A DNA stretch of 64,000 bases from a candidate division FCPU426 bacterium (GTDB lineage Bacteria; Oederibacteriota; JAAXVQ01; JAUVAV01). Shown here one piece after another: positions 29,898 through 39,647 of this stretch. The number at the start of each line of letters is the position of its first letter. The stretch's first letter is position 1. The DNA is taken from NCBI GenBank assembly GCA_040756875.1, contig JBFLYH010000002.1, positions 254,526 through 318,525 of the forward strand. Direction: 5' to 3'. A model generated the notes under the pieces. It was given only the letters and a program-made list of their open reading frames with translations, searched no databases and was not told the origin of the DNA. The translations under genes were made by a program, and so were the position numbers.

Positions 29898-31298
29898 CTA
29901 ATGTTTTCCCTGGTGGTTTTTGCGCACCAGGGTGGCCACGGTCTCCACGTGATAGGTGTGCGGAAAAAAGTCCAGGGGCTGCGCCTGCAGCACCCGGTAT
30001 CCGGCTGAGGCCAGCCGGGCCAGGTCGCGGGCCAGGGTAACCGGGTTGCACGAGACCATGACCACGCGCTTGGGCTTGGTCTGGCACAACTGGTTCAGCA
30101 CTTTGGGGTCCACGCCCTTGCGCGGAGGATCGAGCACCACCACGTCGGGCTGCAGGCCTTTGGCAGCCAGCTGCCTGAAGCCCGCGGCCGCGTCCGCGGC
30201 CAGGAATTCGGCCTGCGAAAAACCGTTGAGATGCTTGTTGGCCTGGGCGTCTTCCACGGCCGACGAAACTTCCTCCACGCCCACGACCAGCCGAGCCTGC
30301 CTGGCCAGGGACAAGGTCAGGAGCCCCACGCCGCAATACAGGTCAACCACGCTTTCATGCCCGGAGAGCGCCGCTGCCTGCCCCACGGCGGACAGCAGTT
30401 GCGGCAGTTGAAACGGGTTCACCTGAAAGAAAGAACCCGCGGAGATGCGGAATTTCAGGCCCTCGATTTCTTCATATATATAGGGACGGCCGGCCAGGGA
30501 TTTGAAAACCCGACCCAGAATGACGTTGGTCGTTTCAGTATTCACGTTCTGGACCACGCCCACCAGCTCAGGCACGCGCTGTATCAGTTGTTCTGAAAAT
30601 TCATCCAGCCTGGGCGCCGACTCCGCCGGGGTCACCAGAATCGCCAGGGCTTCCTTGGTGTGGTGCCCCAAGCGGATCACCAGATGCCGCAGATCCCCGG
30701 TTCCCGAGGTTTCGTCGTATCCGCGGTAGCCGAAAACCCCGGCCAGTTCGCGCACGGCCTTCAGGACGCGGTTGCCCAGCACGGGCTGGACCGGGCATTC
30801 GGCGATGGGCACGACCCGGTGGGTCTTGGTGGCGTAGAAGCCGGCGGCCAGGTCGCCGTTTTGGGCCTGCAGAGGGATCTGGATTTTATGCCGGTAACCG
30901 GTTTGCGGCACGGCTTTGATCACGCCCGGAACCGAAGCGGTCCGGATCCGGCCCACGTGCTGCAGGGCGTTTTGCACGAACAACTGCTTGGCCTGGATTT
31001 GCGCGGGATAAGCCAGATGCTGCCAGGAACATCCGCCGCATTCCTCGGCGTGCGGACAAAACGGGGCGACGCGGTCCGGGGAGGGCTCCAGGACCGCCAG
31101 CAGCTCCGCGCGGGCGAAGTGGGACTTCACCTGCTGCACGCGGCAACTCACGCGGTCGCCCGGCAGCGCGCCGGCCACGAACACCACCAGGCCGCCGTGA
31201 CGGCCGATGCCCTCGCCGCCGTAGGCCAGGCTCGCGATCGCCAGCTCCAGCTCTTCGCCCACGCGGACCGAAGCCGGCGTGGTTGGCGCAGCAGACAA
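29898..31298 (-). CDS. rlmD: 23S rRNA (uracil-1939-C5)-methyltransferase
   Basis: TRAM domain, CPHAEECGGCSWQH Fe-S motif, SFFQVN, DLYCGVG, LDPPRKG, VSCNPVTLARDL. Confidence 0.95.
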   Translation of the reverse strand: MSAAPTTPASVRVGEELELAIASLAYGGEGIGRHGGLVVFVAGALPGDRVSCRVQQVKSHFARAELLAVLEPSPDRVAPFCPHAEECGGCSWQHLAYPAQIQAKQLFVQNALQHVGRIRTASVPGVIKAVPQTGYRHKIQIPLQAQNGDLAAGFYATKTHRVVPIAECPVQPVLGNRVLKAVRELAGVFGYRGYDETSGTGDLRHLVIRLGHHTKEALAILVTPAESAPRLDEFSEQLIQRVPELVGVVQNVNTETTNVILGRVFKSLAGRPYIYEEIEGLKFRISAGSFFQVNPFQLPQLLSAVGQAAALSGHESVVDLYCGVGLLTLSLARQARLVVGVEEVSSAVEDAQANKHLNGFSQAEFLAADAAAGFRQLAAKGLQPDVVVLDPPRKGVDPKVLNQLCQTKPKRVVMVSCNPVTLARDLARLASAGYRVLQAQPLDFFPHTYHVETVATLVRKNHQGKH

Positions 31299-31318
31299 AA
31301 CGAGCTCCTTTCCGCTTG

Positions 31319-32782
31319 CTATTGCAACTTCTCGCGCAGTAATTGGTTGACCCGTTGCGGATTGGCTTTGCCCTGCGAAGCTTTCATCACTTGGCCGACC
31401 AGGAACCCGAGCGCCTGCTGCTTGCCTTTGCGATATTCCGCCGCCGGGCCGGGATTCTCCGCGATGGCCTGTTCCACAAGCTTGGCCAACGCCTGGGGAT
31501 CGGAGATCTGGGACAACCCTTTGCTTTTGATGATTTCATCGGGGTCTTTTCCGGTCGCGTACATTTCCTCGAACACCTGTTTGCCAATTTTGGAGGAAAT
31601 CTCTCCGGAACTGGTCAAGGTGGCCAGTTGCCCCAGCTGGGAAGGCGAGATGGGGAGCGTGGCAATGGTTTCGTATTCCAGATCCTTGCCCTCGGCGTTC
31701 AAGCGGCCGAGATAATCGCCGGTCAGCCAGTTGCTGACCGCCTTGGGCGGGGCGGAGGCGACCGCCGCGTCGAAAAAGTCCGCCAGCATGCGCGAAGAGG
31801 TCAGGACGCCGGCGTCGTAGGCGGTGAGTTGGGGCAGCTTTTGCAGCCGCTCCCGCCGGGCGCGCGGCAGTTCGGGCAGCTCGCGGCGGCGGTCCTCGAT
31901 CCAGGCCGGCTCCAGTTCCAGGAGCGGCAGGTCGGGTTCGGGGAAATACCGATAGTCGTGCGCCTCTTCCTTGCCGCGCATGGGCAGGGTCTTGCCCTGC
32001 TCCGCGTCCCAGAGGCGGGTTTCCTGCGTCAGCACCGCGCCTTCGGACACGGCCTGGACCTGCCGCTTGGCCTCGTAGGCCAGCGCGTCGCGCACGTTTT
32101 TAAAGGAGTTCATGTTCTTGACTTCGATTTTCGCGCCCAGGGCCTGCTGCCCGCGCGGCCGCACCGAAATGTTGGCGTCGCAGCGCAGGCTGCCTTCCTC
32201 CATGTTGCAGTCCGACACTTCGGTGTAGCGGAGGATGGCTTTGAGTTCGGTGAGATAGGCGTAGGCTTCTTCGGGGGAGCGCAGGTCCGGCTCGCTGACG
32301 ATTTCGATGAGCGGCACGCCCGCGCGGTTGTAATCCACCAGGGAGCTGGCCGCCCGGCCGATCTGTCCGCCCGCGGTCTGGTGCAGGAGCTTGCCCGCGT
32401 CCTCTTCTATATGCACGCGGGTGATGCCGATGGACTTGGAGCCTTCCGGCAGGTCGATCAACAGGCGGCCGTGGCGGGCCAGGGGCAGGTCGTACTGGGA
32501 AATCTGGTAGGCTTTGGGCAGGTCGGGATAGAAGTAATTCTTGCGGTCGAACTTGGTGTGCGGCGCGATCTCGCACCCGAGCGCCAGGGCGGCTTTGGCG
32601 GCCAGCTCCAGCACCCGGCGGTTGAACACCGGCAGGGAGCCCGGCAGCCCCAGGCAGACCGGGCAGGTCTGGGTGTTGGGCGGCGCGCCAAAAGCCGTGG
32701 GGCAACCGCAGAACACCTTGGAGGCGGTCGCCAGTTCGGCGTGCACTTCCAGCCCGATCACAACCTCGTAGTCATGCCCCAT
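31319..32782 (-). CDS. gatB: Asp/Glu-tRNA amidotransferase subunit B
   Basis: [40 protein letters not shown]. Confidence 0.98.
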   Translation of the reverse strand: MGHDYEVVIGLEVHAELATASKVFCGCPTAFGAPPNTQTCPVCLGLPGSLPVFNRRVLELAAKAALALGCEIAPHTKFDRKNYFYPDLPKAYQISQYDLPLARHGRLLIDLPEGSKSIGITRVHIEEDAGKLLHQTAGGQIGRAASSLVDYNRAGVPLIEIVSEPDLRSPEEAYAYLTELKAILRYTEVSDCNMEEGSLRCDANISVRPRGQQALGAKIEVKNMNSFKNVRDALAYEAKRQVQAVSEGAVLTQETRLWDAEQGKTLPMRGKEEAHDYRYFPEPDLPLLELEPAWIEDRRRELPELPRARRERLQKLPQLTAYDAGVLTSSRMLADFFDAAVASAPPKAVSNWLTGDYLGRLNAEGKDLEYETIATLPISPSQLGQLATLTSSGEISSKIGKQVFEEMYATGKDPDEIIKSKGLSQISDPQALAKLVEQAIAENPGPAAEYRKGKQQALGFLVGQVMKASQGKANPQRVNQLLREKLQ

Positions 32783-32811
32783 GCCGGGTCATCCTCGCGT
32801 TGCTCCCGCGT

Positions 32812-33102
32812 TCAAACCTTGCTGTTCTCCACCGACGCCTTGACCTTCTCTTCCCACTTGTCGCCGGTCAGGCGGTGCAGCGGGCGCTCCACGAACGTCT
32901 GGACTTCATACCCTTCGGGGTCGATGTCCTCGTGGTTGCACACCGGGCAGGAGAGCTTGATGTCCAGGTCCCCGGTCTCGGGCTGGTTGTACCGCTCCAG
33001 CTGCCCTTTGTCGTCGAATTCCCACAATTCCACGGGTTCGTAGTAGGTGATGAGCGCCTGAAAGCTTTTCCGATTGCCGCAATGTTTGCAAATCATGTTC
33101 AA
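32812..33102 (-). CDS. Small acidic protein with two CxxC motifs (putative zinc ribbon)
   Basis: CKHC...CPVC; fills the gatA-gatB gap; the start may be ATG 33096. Confidence 0.75.
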   Translation of the reverse strand: MNMICKHCGNRKSFQALITYYEPVELWEFDDKGQLERYNQPETGDLDIKLSCPVCNHEDIDPEGYEVQTFVERPLHRLTGDKWEEKVKASVENSKV

Positions 33103-34583
33103 CCTCCAACGGGGTTCATCGGAGGGCGCCGTGCATGCCAGTCGGTGCGCGACTGGTAGGCGTGCGCCATCCTGAGTATGGTCTGCTCGTCAAAAGCCCG
33201 TCCGATCAACTGCAGCCCGACCGGCAGGCCTTGAGAGGTGAAACCGCTTGGCACGGACACGGCGGGCAAGCCCGCCAGATTCGCCGAGATGGTGTAGATG
33301 TCGGACAGATACATGCTCAGCGGATCTTCCGTTTTGTCGCCCATCCGGAACGCCGCAGTCGGCGAGGTGGGCGTGAGTATCGCGTCGCATTGCTCCCAGG
33401 CCCGGGCGAAATCTTTCTGGATCAGGGTCCGGACCTTCAGGGCCTTGAGGTAATAGGCGTCGTAGTACCCGGCGGACAACGCATACGTGCCGAGCATGAT
33501 GCGCCGCTTGACTTCCGGGCCAAACCCCCGGGCCCGGGTCTCCCGGTACATGGCCAGGAGCGAGTCCGCTTCGGCCCGCAGGCCGTACTGCACGCCGTCG
33601 TACCGCGCCAGGTTGCTCGACGCTTCGGCCGTGGCCACCAGGTAGTACACAGCCAGGCAGTACTCCGTGTGCGGCAGCGAGACTTCGGTGATGCTCAGCC
33701 CCAGCTCCCGGAAGACCGCCTTGGCCTGCTCCAGGGAGGCCGCCACTTCGGGATTCAAGCCTTCGGCGAAATATTCCCTGGGCAGCCCCAGGCGCAACCC
33801 GGTTGGCAACTGGTCCAGGCCGGCCGTGAAATCCGGTACCGCGACCTGTGCGCTGGTCGCATCGCGCGGGTCCTGGCCGGCGATCACACCGAGCAGGAGC
33901 GCCGCGTCCTCGATCGTGTGGCCGAAAGGCCCGATCTGGTCCAGCGAACTTGCGAACGCCACCAGGCCGTAGCGCGAAACCCGTCCGTAGGTGGGCTTGA
34001 GCCCCACCACGCCGCACAATGCAGCCGGCTGGCGGATCGAGCCGCCGGTGTCCGACCCCAGGGCCAGGAGCGCCAGGTCCGCGGCCACGGCCGCGGCCGC
34101 GCCGCCCGAGGACCCGCCGGGCACGCGTTCCACATCCCACGGATTGCGCGTGGGAAAGAATCCGGAATTTTCGCAGGACGAACCCATGGCGAATTCATCC
34201 AGGTTGACCTTGCCCACCACGACGCCGCCCGCGGCCTTGATCCGCTCCACCACCGTCGCATTATAGGGCGGTTTCCAGCCTTCCAGAATCCGCGAGGCGC
34301 AGGTCGTGGGAAACCCGGCTGTGCACAGGTTGTCTTTAAGCGCCACCGGCACGCCGGCCAAAGGACCCAGCGGACGGCCGGCTGCCACGTCGCGGTCCAC
34401 GGCTTCGGCCGCGCGGCGGGCGCCCGCCTCGTCCACGGCCAGGAAAACCTTGAGTTTCGGATCCAGCTCGCGGATGCGCGCCAGGCCCGCCTCGCAAGCT
34501 TCGCTGGCCTTGGCTTCGCCCCGGGCGATGCGGTCACGCAGTTCCCGGGCCGAGAGTCCGGACCAACCCGCACCCGGCTTCAC
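33099..34583 (-). CDS. gatA: Asp/Glu-tRNA amidotransferase subunit A
   Basis: ALKDN, GGSSGG, GSDTGGSIRQPA amidase signature; GTG start overlaps the gatC stop. Confidence 0.98.
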   Translation of the reverse strand: MKPGAGWSGLSARELRDRIARGEAKASEACEAGLARIRELDPKLKVFLAVDEAGARRAAEAVDRDVAAGRPLGPLAGVPVALKDNLCTAGFPTTCASRILEGWKPPYNATVVERIKAAGGVVVGKVNLDEFAMGSSCENSGFFPTRNPWDVERVPGGSSGGAAAAVAADLALLALGSDTGGSIRQPAALCGVVGLKPTYGRVSRYGLVAFASSLDQIGPFGHTIEDAALLLGVIAGQDPRDATSAQVAVPDFTAGLDQLPTGLRLGLPREYFAEGLNPEVAASLEQAKAVFRELGLSITEVSLPHTEYCLAVYYLVATAEASSNLARYDGVQYGLRAEADSLLAMYRETRARGFGPEVKRRIMLGTYALSAGYYDAYYLKALKVRTLIQKDFARAWEQCDAILTPTSPTAAFRMGDKTEDPLSMYLSDIYTISANLAGLPAVSVPSGFTSQGLPVGLQLIGRAFDEQTILRMAHAYQSRTDWHARRPPMNPVGG

Positions 34584-34870
34584 TCGATGATCCTGGGCAC
34601 CCGGAAGCATTGTTCCTGCGCATCCGGCGCCCCGGCCAGGGCCGCCTCGGGGGTCAACCCCGCCTTCGTTTCATCGTCCCGCCACACGTTTTGCATGGGC
34701 AGGGCGTGCGTGGTCGGCGGGACCGCCGCCGTGTCCAGCTGGTTCAGCTTATGGATGTATTCCAGAATCTGCTCCAACTGGCGGGAAAACAACCCGACCT
34801 CATCCGCGGTTAGCTTCAGGTTGGCCAAACGGGCGATTTTCTGGACTGTTTCTGTGGTGATTTCCGGCAC
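34580..34870 (-). CDS. gatC: Asp/Glu-tRNA amidotransferase subunit C
   Basis: VQKIARLANL, LDTAAVPPT, FRVPRII. Confidence 0.95.
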   Translation of the reverse strand: MPEITTETVQKIARLANLKLTADEVGLFSRQLEQILEYIHKLNQLDTAAVPPTTHALPMQNVWRDDETKAGLTPEAALAGAPDAQEQCFRVPRIIE

Positions 34871-35043
34871 AAGCCTTTTCCTCCACCCGCAAAACGCGCT
34901 TCACTATAGCATAGAGGCTCGGGGGCTGGCAAGAAATACAGGAAGAAAAAGGGCGCGCAGAGGGGGCGGGATTATTTCCTGCTGTGGAAGTCCGGCAAAA
35001 TAAGGTGTATAATAAGCGGCAACAACCGACCTTGGAGTTGTTC

Positions 35044-35451
35044 ATGGCGTTGATTCAATGGAACGACAGCTTTCGCGTGAATATCGTTGAAATCGACCAC
35101 CAGCACCAGCAGCTGGTGGGCATGATCAACGCCATGCACCAGGCCATGCTTCAAGGCACGGCCCGTGAGACCATGGGCCGGACCATTTCCGAGCTGCTGA
35201 GCTACGCCTCCCGGCACTTCGCCTCCGAGGAGCGGCTGTTCGACCGGTACGGTTATCCGGAGGCCCCGGCCCACAAGCTGGAACACGAAGCGTTCGTGGC
35301 CAAAGTGTCCGAATTCAAATCCACCCTCGAATCCCGCCAGCTTAGCCTGTCCATCTCGGTCATGCAGTACCTCTATGGCTGGGTGGTCAACCACATCAAG
35401 GGCAGCGACCAGAAGTACGCGCCCTTCCTCACCTCCAAAGGCGTGAAATAG
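35044..35451 (+). CDS. Bacteriohemerythrin
   Basis: W...IDHQHQQL, HFASEE, HKLEH, WVVNHIKGSD di-iron ligands. Confidence 0.93.
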   Translation: MALIQWNDSFRVNIVEIDHQHQQLVGMINAMHQAMLQGTARETMGRTISELLSYASRHFASEERLFDRYGYPEAPAHKLEHEAFVAKVSEFKSTLESRQLSLSISVMQYLYGWVVNHIKGSDQKYAPFLTSKGVK

Positions 35452-35484
35452 CGCCGTCCCGTCAGGCCGCCATTCGCCCGAACC

Positions 35485-36279
35485 TCAGTCCAGGGCTTGA
35501 AACAGCGCGTCCAGATCTTCTTTGATTTCCTTGTTGATTGAGCGCGGGTCGGCGGAAGCGCCGAGGAACTTGCGCAGGATGGCGTAGCCCGGACGCCCCG
35601 CGTCGGCCAGATACTCCGTTACGTTCTGGCGGAAATTGTCGAACAGTTCGTGCCGGGCGTGCTGCCGCAATCTCCGGATCAGGTCCGGGCGGTCCGGATG
35701 GTGCCTCCAAATAAAGTACAAGTAGAACAGGTCCTTTTCCAGCTTGTACTCGTCGCTGCGCATCACGAAGGAAATCCCCTTGTGGAACATGAAGGACCCC
35801 GGCTCGGCCGCGCGCACGCGCATCCGCTTCCGGGCGTGCGGAATGTCCAGGAGGATCGGGTCAGCGAGCAGGATTTCAAAGGCGTCAATGCGGTTGCAGG
35901 CCAAGGATTTCCCCAGAAAGCGGTTGAGCGTGTCGTCCGATGTCAGGAAAGACGTGATGAACTCGATCTTCAATTCCACCACGCCGCGCTTGCTGACGAA
36001 TTCAATCGGCTCCTCTTCCCCGGCGTACAGGCGCTCCATGGCAAAACCCTGGCGTTTGAGCGAATCGAAGACGGTCGAGGGAAACCGCGCGGGCCCGGTT
36101 TCCATGACGCCCAAATCGATGTCCAGGGTGGTGGGGATGGACGGCAGGGACCGGTGCCACAGGTATTTGGCGTAGAGAAAGGGGCACCACCCGCCCACCA
36201 CCACCAGCTGTTCGCGGGCGTCGCCCAGCGCGGCCAGCGCGGCCAGGAACTGCCGCTCCAGGCGTTCCAATTCAGGCAA
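35485..36279 (-). CDS. Nucleotidyltransferase-fold protein, putative type IV TA toxin (AbiEii/GSU2403-like)
   Basis: VVVGGW, TLDIDL, FMFHKG, EKDLFYL; overlaps the upstream AbiEi-like gene. Confidence 0.75.
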   Translation of the reverse strand: MPELERLERQFLAALAALGDAREQLVVVGGWCPFLYAKYLWHRSLPSIPTTLDIDLGVMETGPARFPSTVFDSLKRQGFAMERLYAGEEEPIEFVSKRGVVELKIEFITSFLTSDDTLNRFLGKSLACNRIDAFEILLADPILLDIPHARKRMRVRAAEPGSFMFHKGISFVMRSDEYKLEKDLFYLYFIWRHHPDRPDLIRRLRQHARHELFDNFRQNVTEYLADAGRPGYAILRKFLGASADPRSINKEIKEDLDALFQALD

Positions 36280-36961
36280 GGAGCTCTTCCTGCTTTTTCC
36301 AGTGTGACAAAAGGTGTTTGGCTTCTTCGGGTCCGCTGGGCGCGAACCCCATCAGGTCGAGGTACAGCTGAAGGTTGGAAACCACGGGATAGCCTTTGGC
36401 ATGACGGAGGGTTTTGAATACGGAGTGATGATAAAAGGGGATGGCCAGGCAGATATTGCCGCCCCGCACCAGGCGCATGAGGCCCAGGTCGGCTTCCAAT
36501 TCCCGGAATACGGCTTTGGCCTGTTGAGGCGTGATGTCGAGATAGACGAAGTGGCGGTCGTCCTTGACATAGGGCGAGATCAGGCGGCTGGCGCTGAAGA
36601 GGGTCAGCGCATAGCGGAGGTTCCGGCGTTCCAGCACCTCGCGCAACCGGGGGAGAAAATCTTTGCGGGGATAGTAATAATAGGCGTGCCAATTGCGTTC
36701 GAAGGAATAGTGGCGGGTCCAATCCTCAAGCAGGTGCTCCCGGTCGGCCAGCCGGGAATAGCTGCCCGGGCCGGTGCGCACGCGCTCCACGTAGCCGAGG
36801 CTTTCGGCGCGGTTGAGGACGATGCTGGCCATGCCGAACGAGACGCCCAGCCGGGCCAGTTCCGGAATCCGCCAATGCCGCTGCGGCTCGCGGAACAGGG
36901 CCCGCAGGATCAGGGACGAACAATCGCTGAAGATGTTCTGCAACTGCCGGCGCATGAGCAT
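36272..36961 (-). CDS. AbiEi-like antitoxin/transcriptional regulator
   Basis: N-terminal wHTH, LLEDW, YALTLFSAS, VVSNLQLYLDL...GPEEAKHL; GAGGTG RBS before ATG 36961. Confidence 0.78.
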   Translation of the reverse strand: MLMRRQLQNIFSDCSSLILRALFREPQRHWRIPELARLGVSFGMASIVLNRAESLGYVERVRTGPGSYSRLADREHLLEDWTRHYSFERNWHAYYYYPRKDFLPRLREVLERRNLRYALTLFSASRLISPYVKDDRHFVYLDITPQQAKAVFRELEADLGLMRLVRGGNICLAIPFYHHSVFKTLRHAKGYPVVSNLQLYLDLMGFAPSGPEEAKHLLSHWKKQEELLA

Positions 36962-36977
36962 GGCGCGCACCTCTATC

Positions 36978-37041
36978 TTTCAACAAATCGTGTATATATA
37001 CCTTATGTTGAAATTATAATATACCGCCGGCGCCAATGCAA
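36978..37041 (-). promoter_or_regulatory. Promoter and candidate operator of the TA operon
   Basis: TTGCAT (37041-37036), 17 bp, TATAAT (37018-37013); inverted repeat TTTCAACA (36978-85) / TGTTGAAA (37006-13) around the palindrome GTATATATAC. Confidence 0.7.
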
Positions 37042-37096
37042 GTTAATTAATATAAGGAGGCCTTCAAGCATAGGTTTACTACAACACTGAAAATGG

Positions 37097-37208
37097 GCCT
37101 TACGGCCTGGATAAGAAAGCTTCAGAGAAAACCCCTATCAACAAAGGGATTTTCGATGCAGAGCGAGCCACTCAGGGGCGAGCGTCTTTCGCATCCAGGC
37201 CGTAAGGC
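37097..37208. repeat. 112-bp element bounded by a perfect 16-bp inverted repeat
   Basis: GCCTTACGGCCTGGAT (37097-37112) / ATCCAGGCCGTAAGGC (37193-37208). Confidence 0.7.
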
Positions 37209-37262
37209 TTGAAATATTGGAGTGAGGTTCCTATTGGAAAACCACAACGGATGAGCGTTTTT

Positions 37263-38048
37263 CTAGCTGATTTGATCCGCCTGCTGCCACCAGGCCAGGG
37301 TCCCGGCCAGCCCGGCCAGCGAGGCCAGGGCCACCAAGACATAGCTTCCCCAGCCCACGGCCGCGGCCTGGGCGCCGGCCGCGCCGGACACCAGGCCGGC
37401 CACGGCCCAGGGAAACCACTCGCCCCAGCCGGTCACCGCCGAAATTTGCGCCAGGAACATGGAAAAAAGCACCCACCCCAGGGGCGCCAGAAACCCCCGG
37501 CCCATGCTGGCGAACAAGCCTACGAACGTGAGTAAAATGATGGTCAGGGCCGCAGTCCGGGCCATCTGGCCGGCGCTGGCCAGCAGCAGAGCCCAGGAAA
37601 ACCCGGGAATGCCCACCCATGCCCCCATCCCCGCGCCCAGCAGGAACACCCAGGCCGTCAGTCCGGCGCACCACAGAACCAGCAGGCTGAACTTGGCGGC
37701 TACGATCGCGGAACGCGGCGTGGGCACGGCCAGCAGCTGCCTGACCGTTCGTTCCGAAAATTCGCGCCCGAACATCCAGGCCGTCAAAAAGCCGAACATG
37801 ACCATGCCTCCGGCCGCGACAACCTGGGCCAACAGCCCCAGCAAGGAGGGCCAGTCCGCCGTGCCGACCAGGCTAGCCTTGGTGGAGATAAGCCCCATGT
37901 CTTTAGCTGCCGCCGGATCTTTCAGGATAATCATGAACACGCCGCCTACTAACGGCCCGAGCGAAAGTCCGAGGAAGGAGAGCCCGGGCGCCAGCGAACG
38001 CCGGAATTTGAGCACTTCGACCCTGAACGCGGCGATGAACCCCTTCAT
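37263..38048 (-). CDS. ABC transporter permease (BcrB/lantibiotic-immunity-like)
   Basis: Six TM segments; EVLKFRRS, FGREFSERT, PTPRSAIVAAKF. Confidence 0.88.
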   Translation of the reverse strand: MKGFIAAFRVEVLKFRRSLAPGLSFLGLSLGPLVGGVFMIILKDPAAAKDMGLISTKASLVGTADWPSLLGLLAQVVAAGGMVMFGFLTAWMFGREFSERTVRQLLAVPTPRSAIVAAKFSLLVLWCAGLTAWVFLLGAGMGAWVGIPGFSWALLLASAGQMARTAALTIILLTFVGLFASMGRGFLAPLGWVLFSMFLAQISAVTGWGEWFPWAVAGLVSGAAGAQAAAVGWGSYVLVALASLAGLAGTLAWWQQADQIS

Positions 38049-38986
38049 GCCGCACCTCCACCCTTCTCGCGGACCAGCCGCAGAAAATGCTGTTCCAAGT
38101 CCTCCTGCTCCACGGCCAGCCGCCGGGGCGGCTGCCCGGCTTGCACCAAAACGCGGGCCGCCTCTTCGGGATGTTCGATGGCCTGCGGATCAGACACTGC
38201 CAGCCAACGGCGCCCGCCGTCCGTCTTCAGCCCCAGTTGGCCGAAACCTGCGCCGCGCAAGGCCCGCTCGGCCGCGTCCAAATCCGCCGACTCGATTTCC
38301 AGGCGCTGTTGCCGCCGCTGCTCCAGTTCATCGGCGTCCAGTTCTTCGATCAACCGCCCCTGGTGAATGACGCCGATGCGCGTGGCCAGACGGTCGACCT
38401 CGGCCAGGATGTGGCTGGACATGAAAATCGTAACACCCTGGTCGCGGGCCAATCCGCGCAGAAGCTCCCGGATCTCGACCACGCCGGCCGGATCCAGGGC
38501 ATTGGCCGGCTCGTCCAGCACCAGCAGCTCGGGCTCCCCCAGCAGGGCGCGGGCCAGGCTGAGCCGCTGGCGGTTGCCCAAGGACAGGGTTTTAACGCGG
38601 CGCCCGGCTTGCGATTCCAATCCCAGCAAGCCCAGCACGCGCTCCAGGGGTCGGCGGTCTTCCAGGCCCTGGAGCCAGAGCGAAGTCCGCAGGTCCTCGC
38701 GCACGGTCAGCTCGCCGTATCCGGTCGGCGTCTCCACCAGGTGCCCCACGCGGCGCCAGAGGGCGGAGGTGCGGGCCGTGACCGGCTCGCCGAACAGTTC
38801 GACGCGGCCGCCTGTCGGCCTGATCATGCCCAGCAGCATGCGGATAGTGGTGGATTTACCCGCGCCGTTCAAGCCCAGAAAGCCGTAGATCTCTCCCGGA
38901 GCCACGCTGATGTTCACCTGCTCAACCGCCCGTACGACCCCAAAGCGTTTGGTCAGGTCAAAAGTCCGGATAACCGGTCGGTCCAT
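38045..38986 (-). CDS. ABC transporter ATP-binding protein (BcrA-like)
   Basis: GLNGAGKST, LSLGNRQR, LVLDEPANALDP, SSH. Confidence 0.93.
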   Translation of the reverse strand: MDRPVIRTFDLTKRFGVVRAVEQVNISVAPGEIYGFLGLNGAGKSTTIRMLLGMIRPTGGRVELFGEPVTARTSALWRRVGHLVETPTGYGELTVREDLRTSLWLQGLEDRRPLERVLGLLGLESQAGRRVKTLSLGNRQRLSLARALLGEPELLVLDEPANALDPAGVVEIRELLRGLARDQGVTIFMSSHILAEVDRLATRIGVIHQGRLIEELDADELEQRRQQRLEIESADLDAAERALRGAGFGQLGLKTDGGRRWLAVSDPQAIEHPEEAARVLVQAGQPPRRLAVEQEDLEQHFLRLVREKGGGAA

Positions 38987-39003
38987 GGGTATTCCTGCCA
39001 GGT

Positions 39004-39621
39004 TTAATAAGCTACGCCGGCCAACAGGTACAGCAGCGGTCCGAACACGAGGTAATAATCCCCTTCCCGGCCGCCGTAAGGCTGGCTGAGAAATCCGATT
39101 TCCCAATACTGGCTCCAGCCTTCGCCCAGCCGGATATGCAGTTCAGCCGCGCCGTCCAGGGCAAACCCTTGGGAATTGGAAAATTCCGTGTCTCCGCTGA
39201 TGGCGCGGTACCCGCCGTAGAGGGCGAATTTCAAGGTGAGAGACTCGTTGAGCTCCACGCCCACCTTGGGCCCGGCCTCCACCTGAAAGCCGGAAACCTG
39301 CGTGGGGATCTGGTCCTGAAACCACGTAGGCAGGCTGGCAACGAGTTGCTCGCGGTCCTGGACCGCCACGTTCGCATACATCACACGGCCGCTGACCCAC
39401 CACAGCGGAATGACCGGCACGTCCACGCCGGCTTTCAGCATGAGCGCGGCTTGGGTGTCCACCGGAATATTGGGCGGCGAAACGTCCACGTTGACTTCAC
39501 CGGGCATGAGCAGGCCCAGGCCGAGATTCAATCCGACCGGCAAATCCCCGGCCAAGGCGGAAACCGGCAACCCCAAGGTCCACGTCAGCGCAAGCACATA
39601 CCGCCATACCGTCCGCTTCAT
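39004..39621 (-). CDS. Putative outer-membrane beta-barrel protein
   Basis: Signal peptide (ALA-G), alternating amphipathic strands, C-terminal aromatic residue (LAGVAY). Confidence 0.65.
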   Translation of the reverse strand: MKRTVWRYVLALTWTLGLPVSALAGDLPVGLNLGLGLLMPGEVNVDVSPPNIPVDTQAALMLKAGVDVPVIPLWWVSGRVMYANVAVQDREQLVASLPTWFQDQIPTQVSGFQVEAGPKVGVELNESLTLKFALYGGYRAISGDTEFSNSQGFALDGAAELHIRLGEGWSQYWEIGFLSQPYGGREGDYYLVFGPLLYLLAGVAY

Positions 39622-39647
39622 CTTTCCGGGTTCATCCTTTCGCCGAT

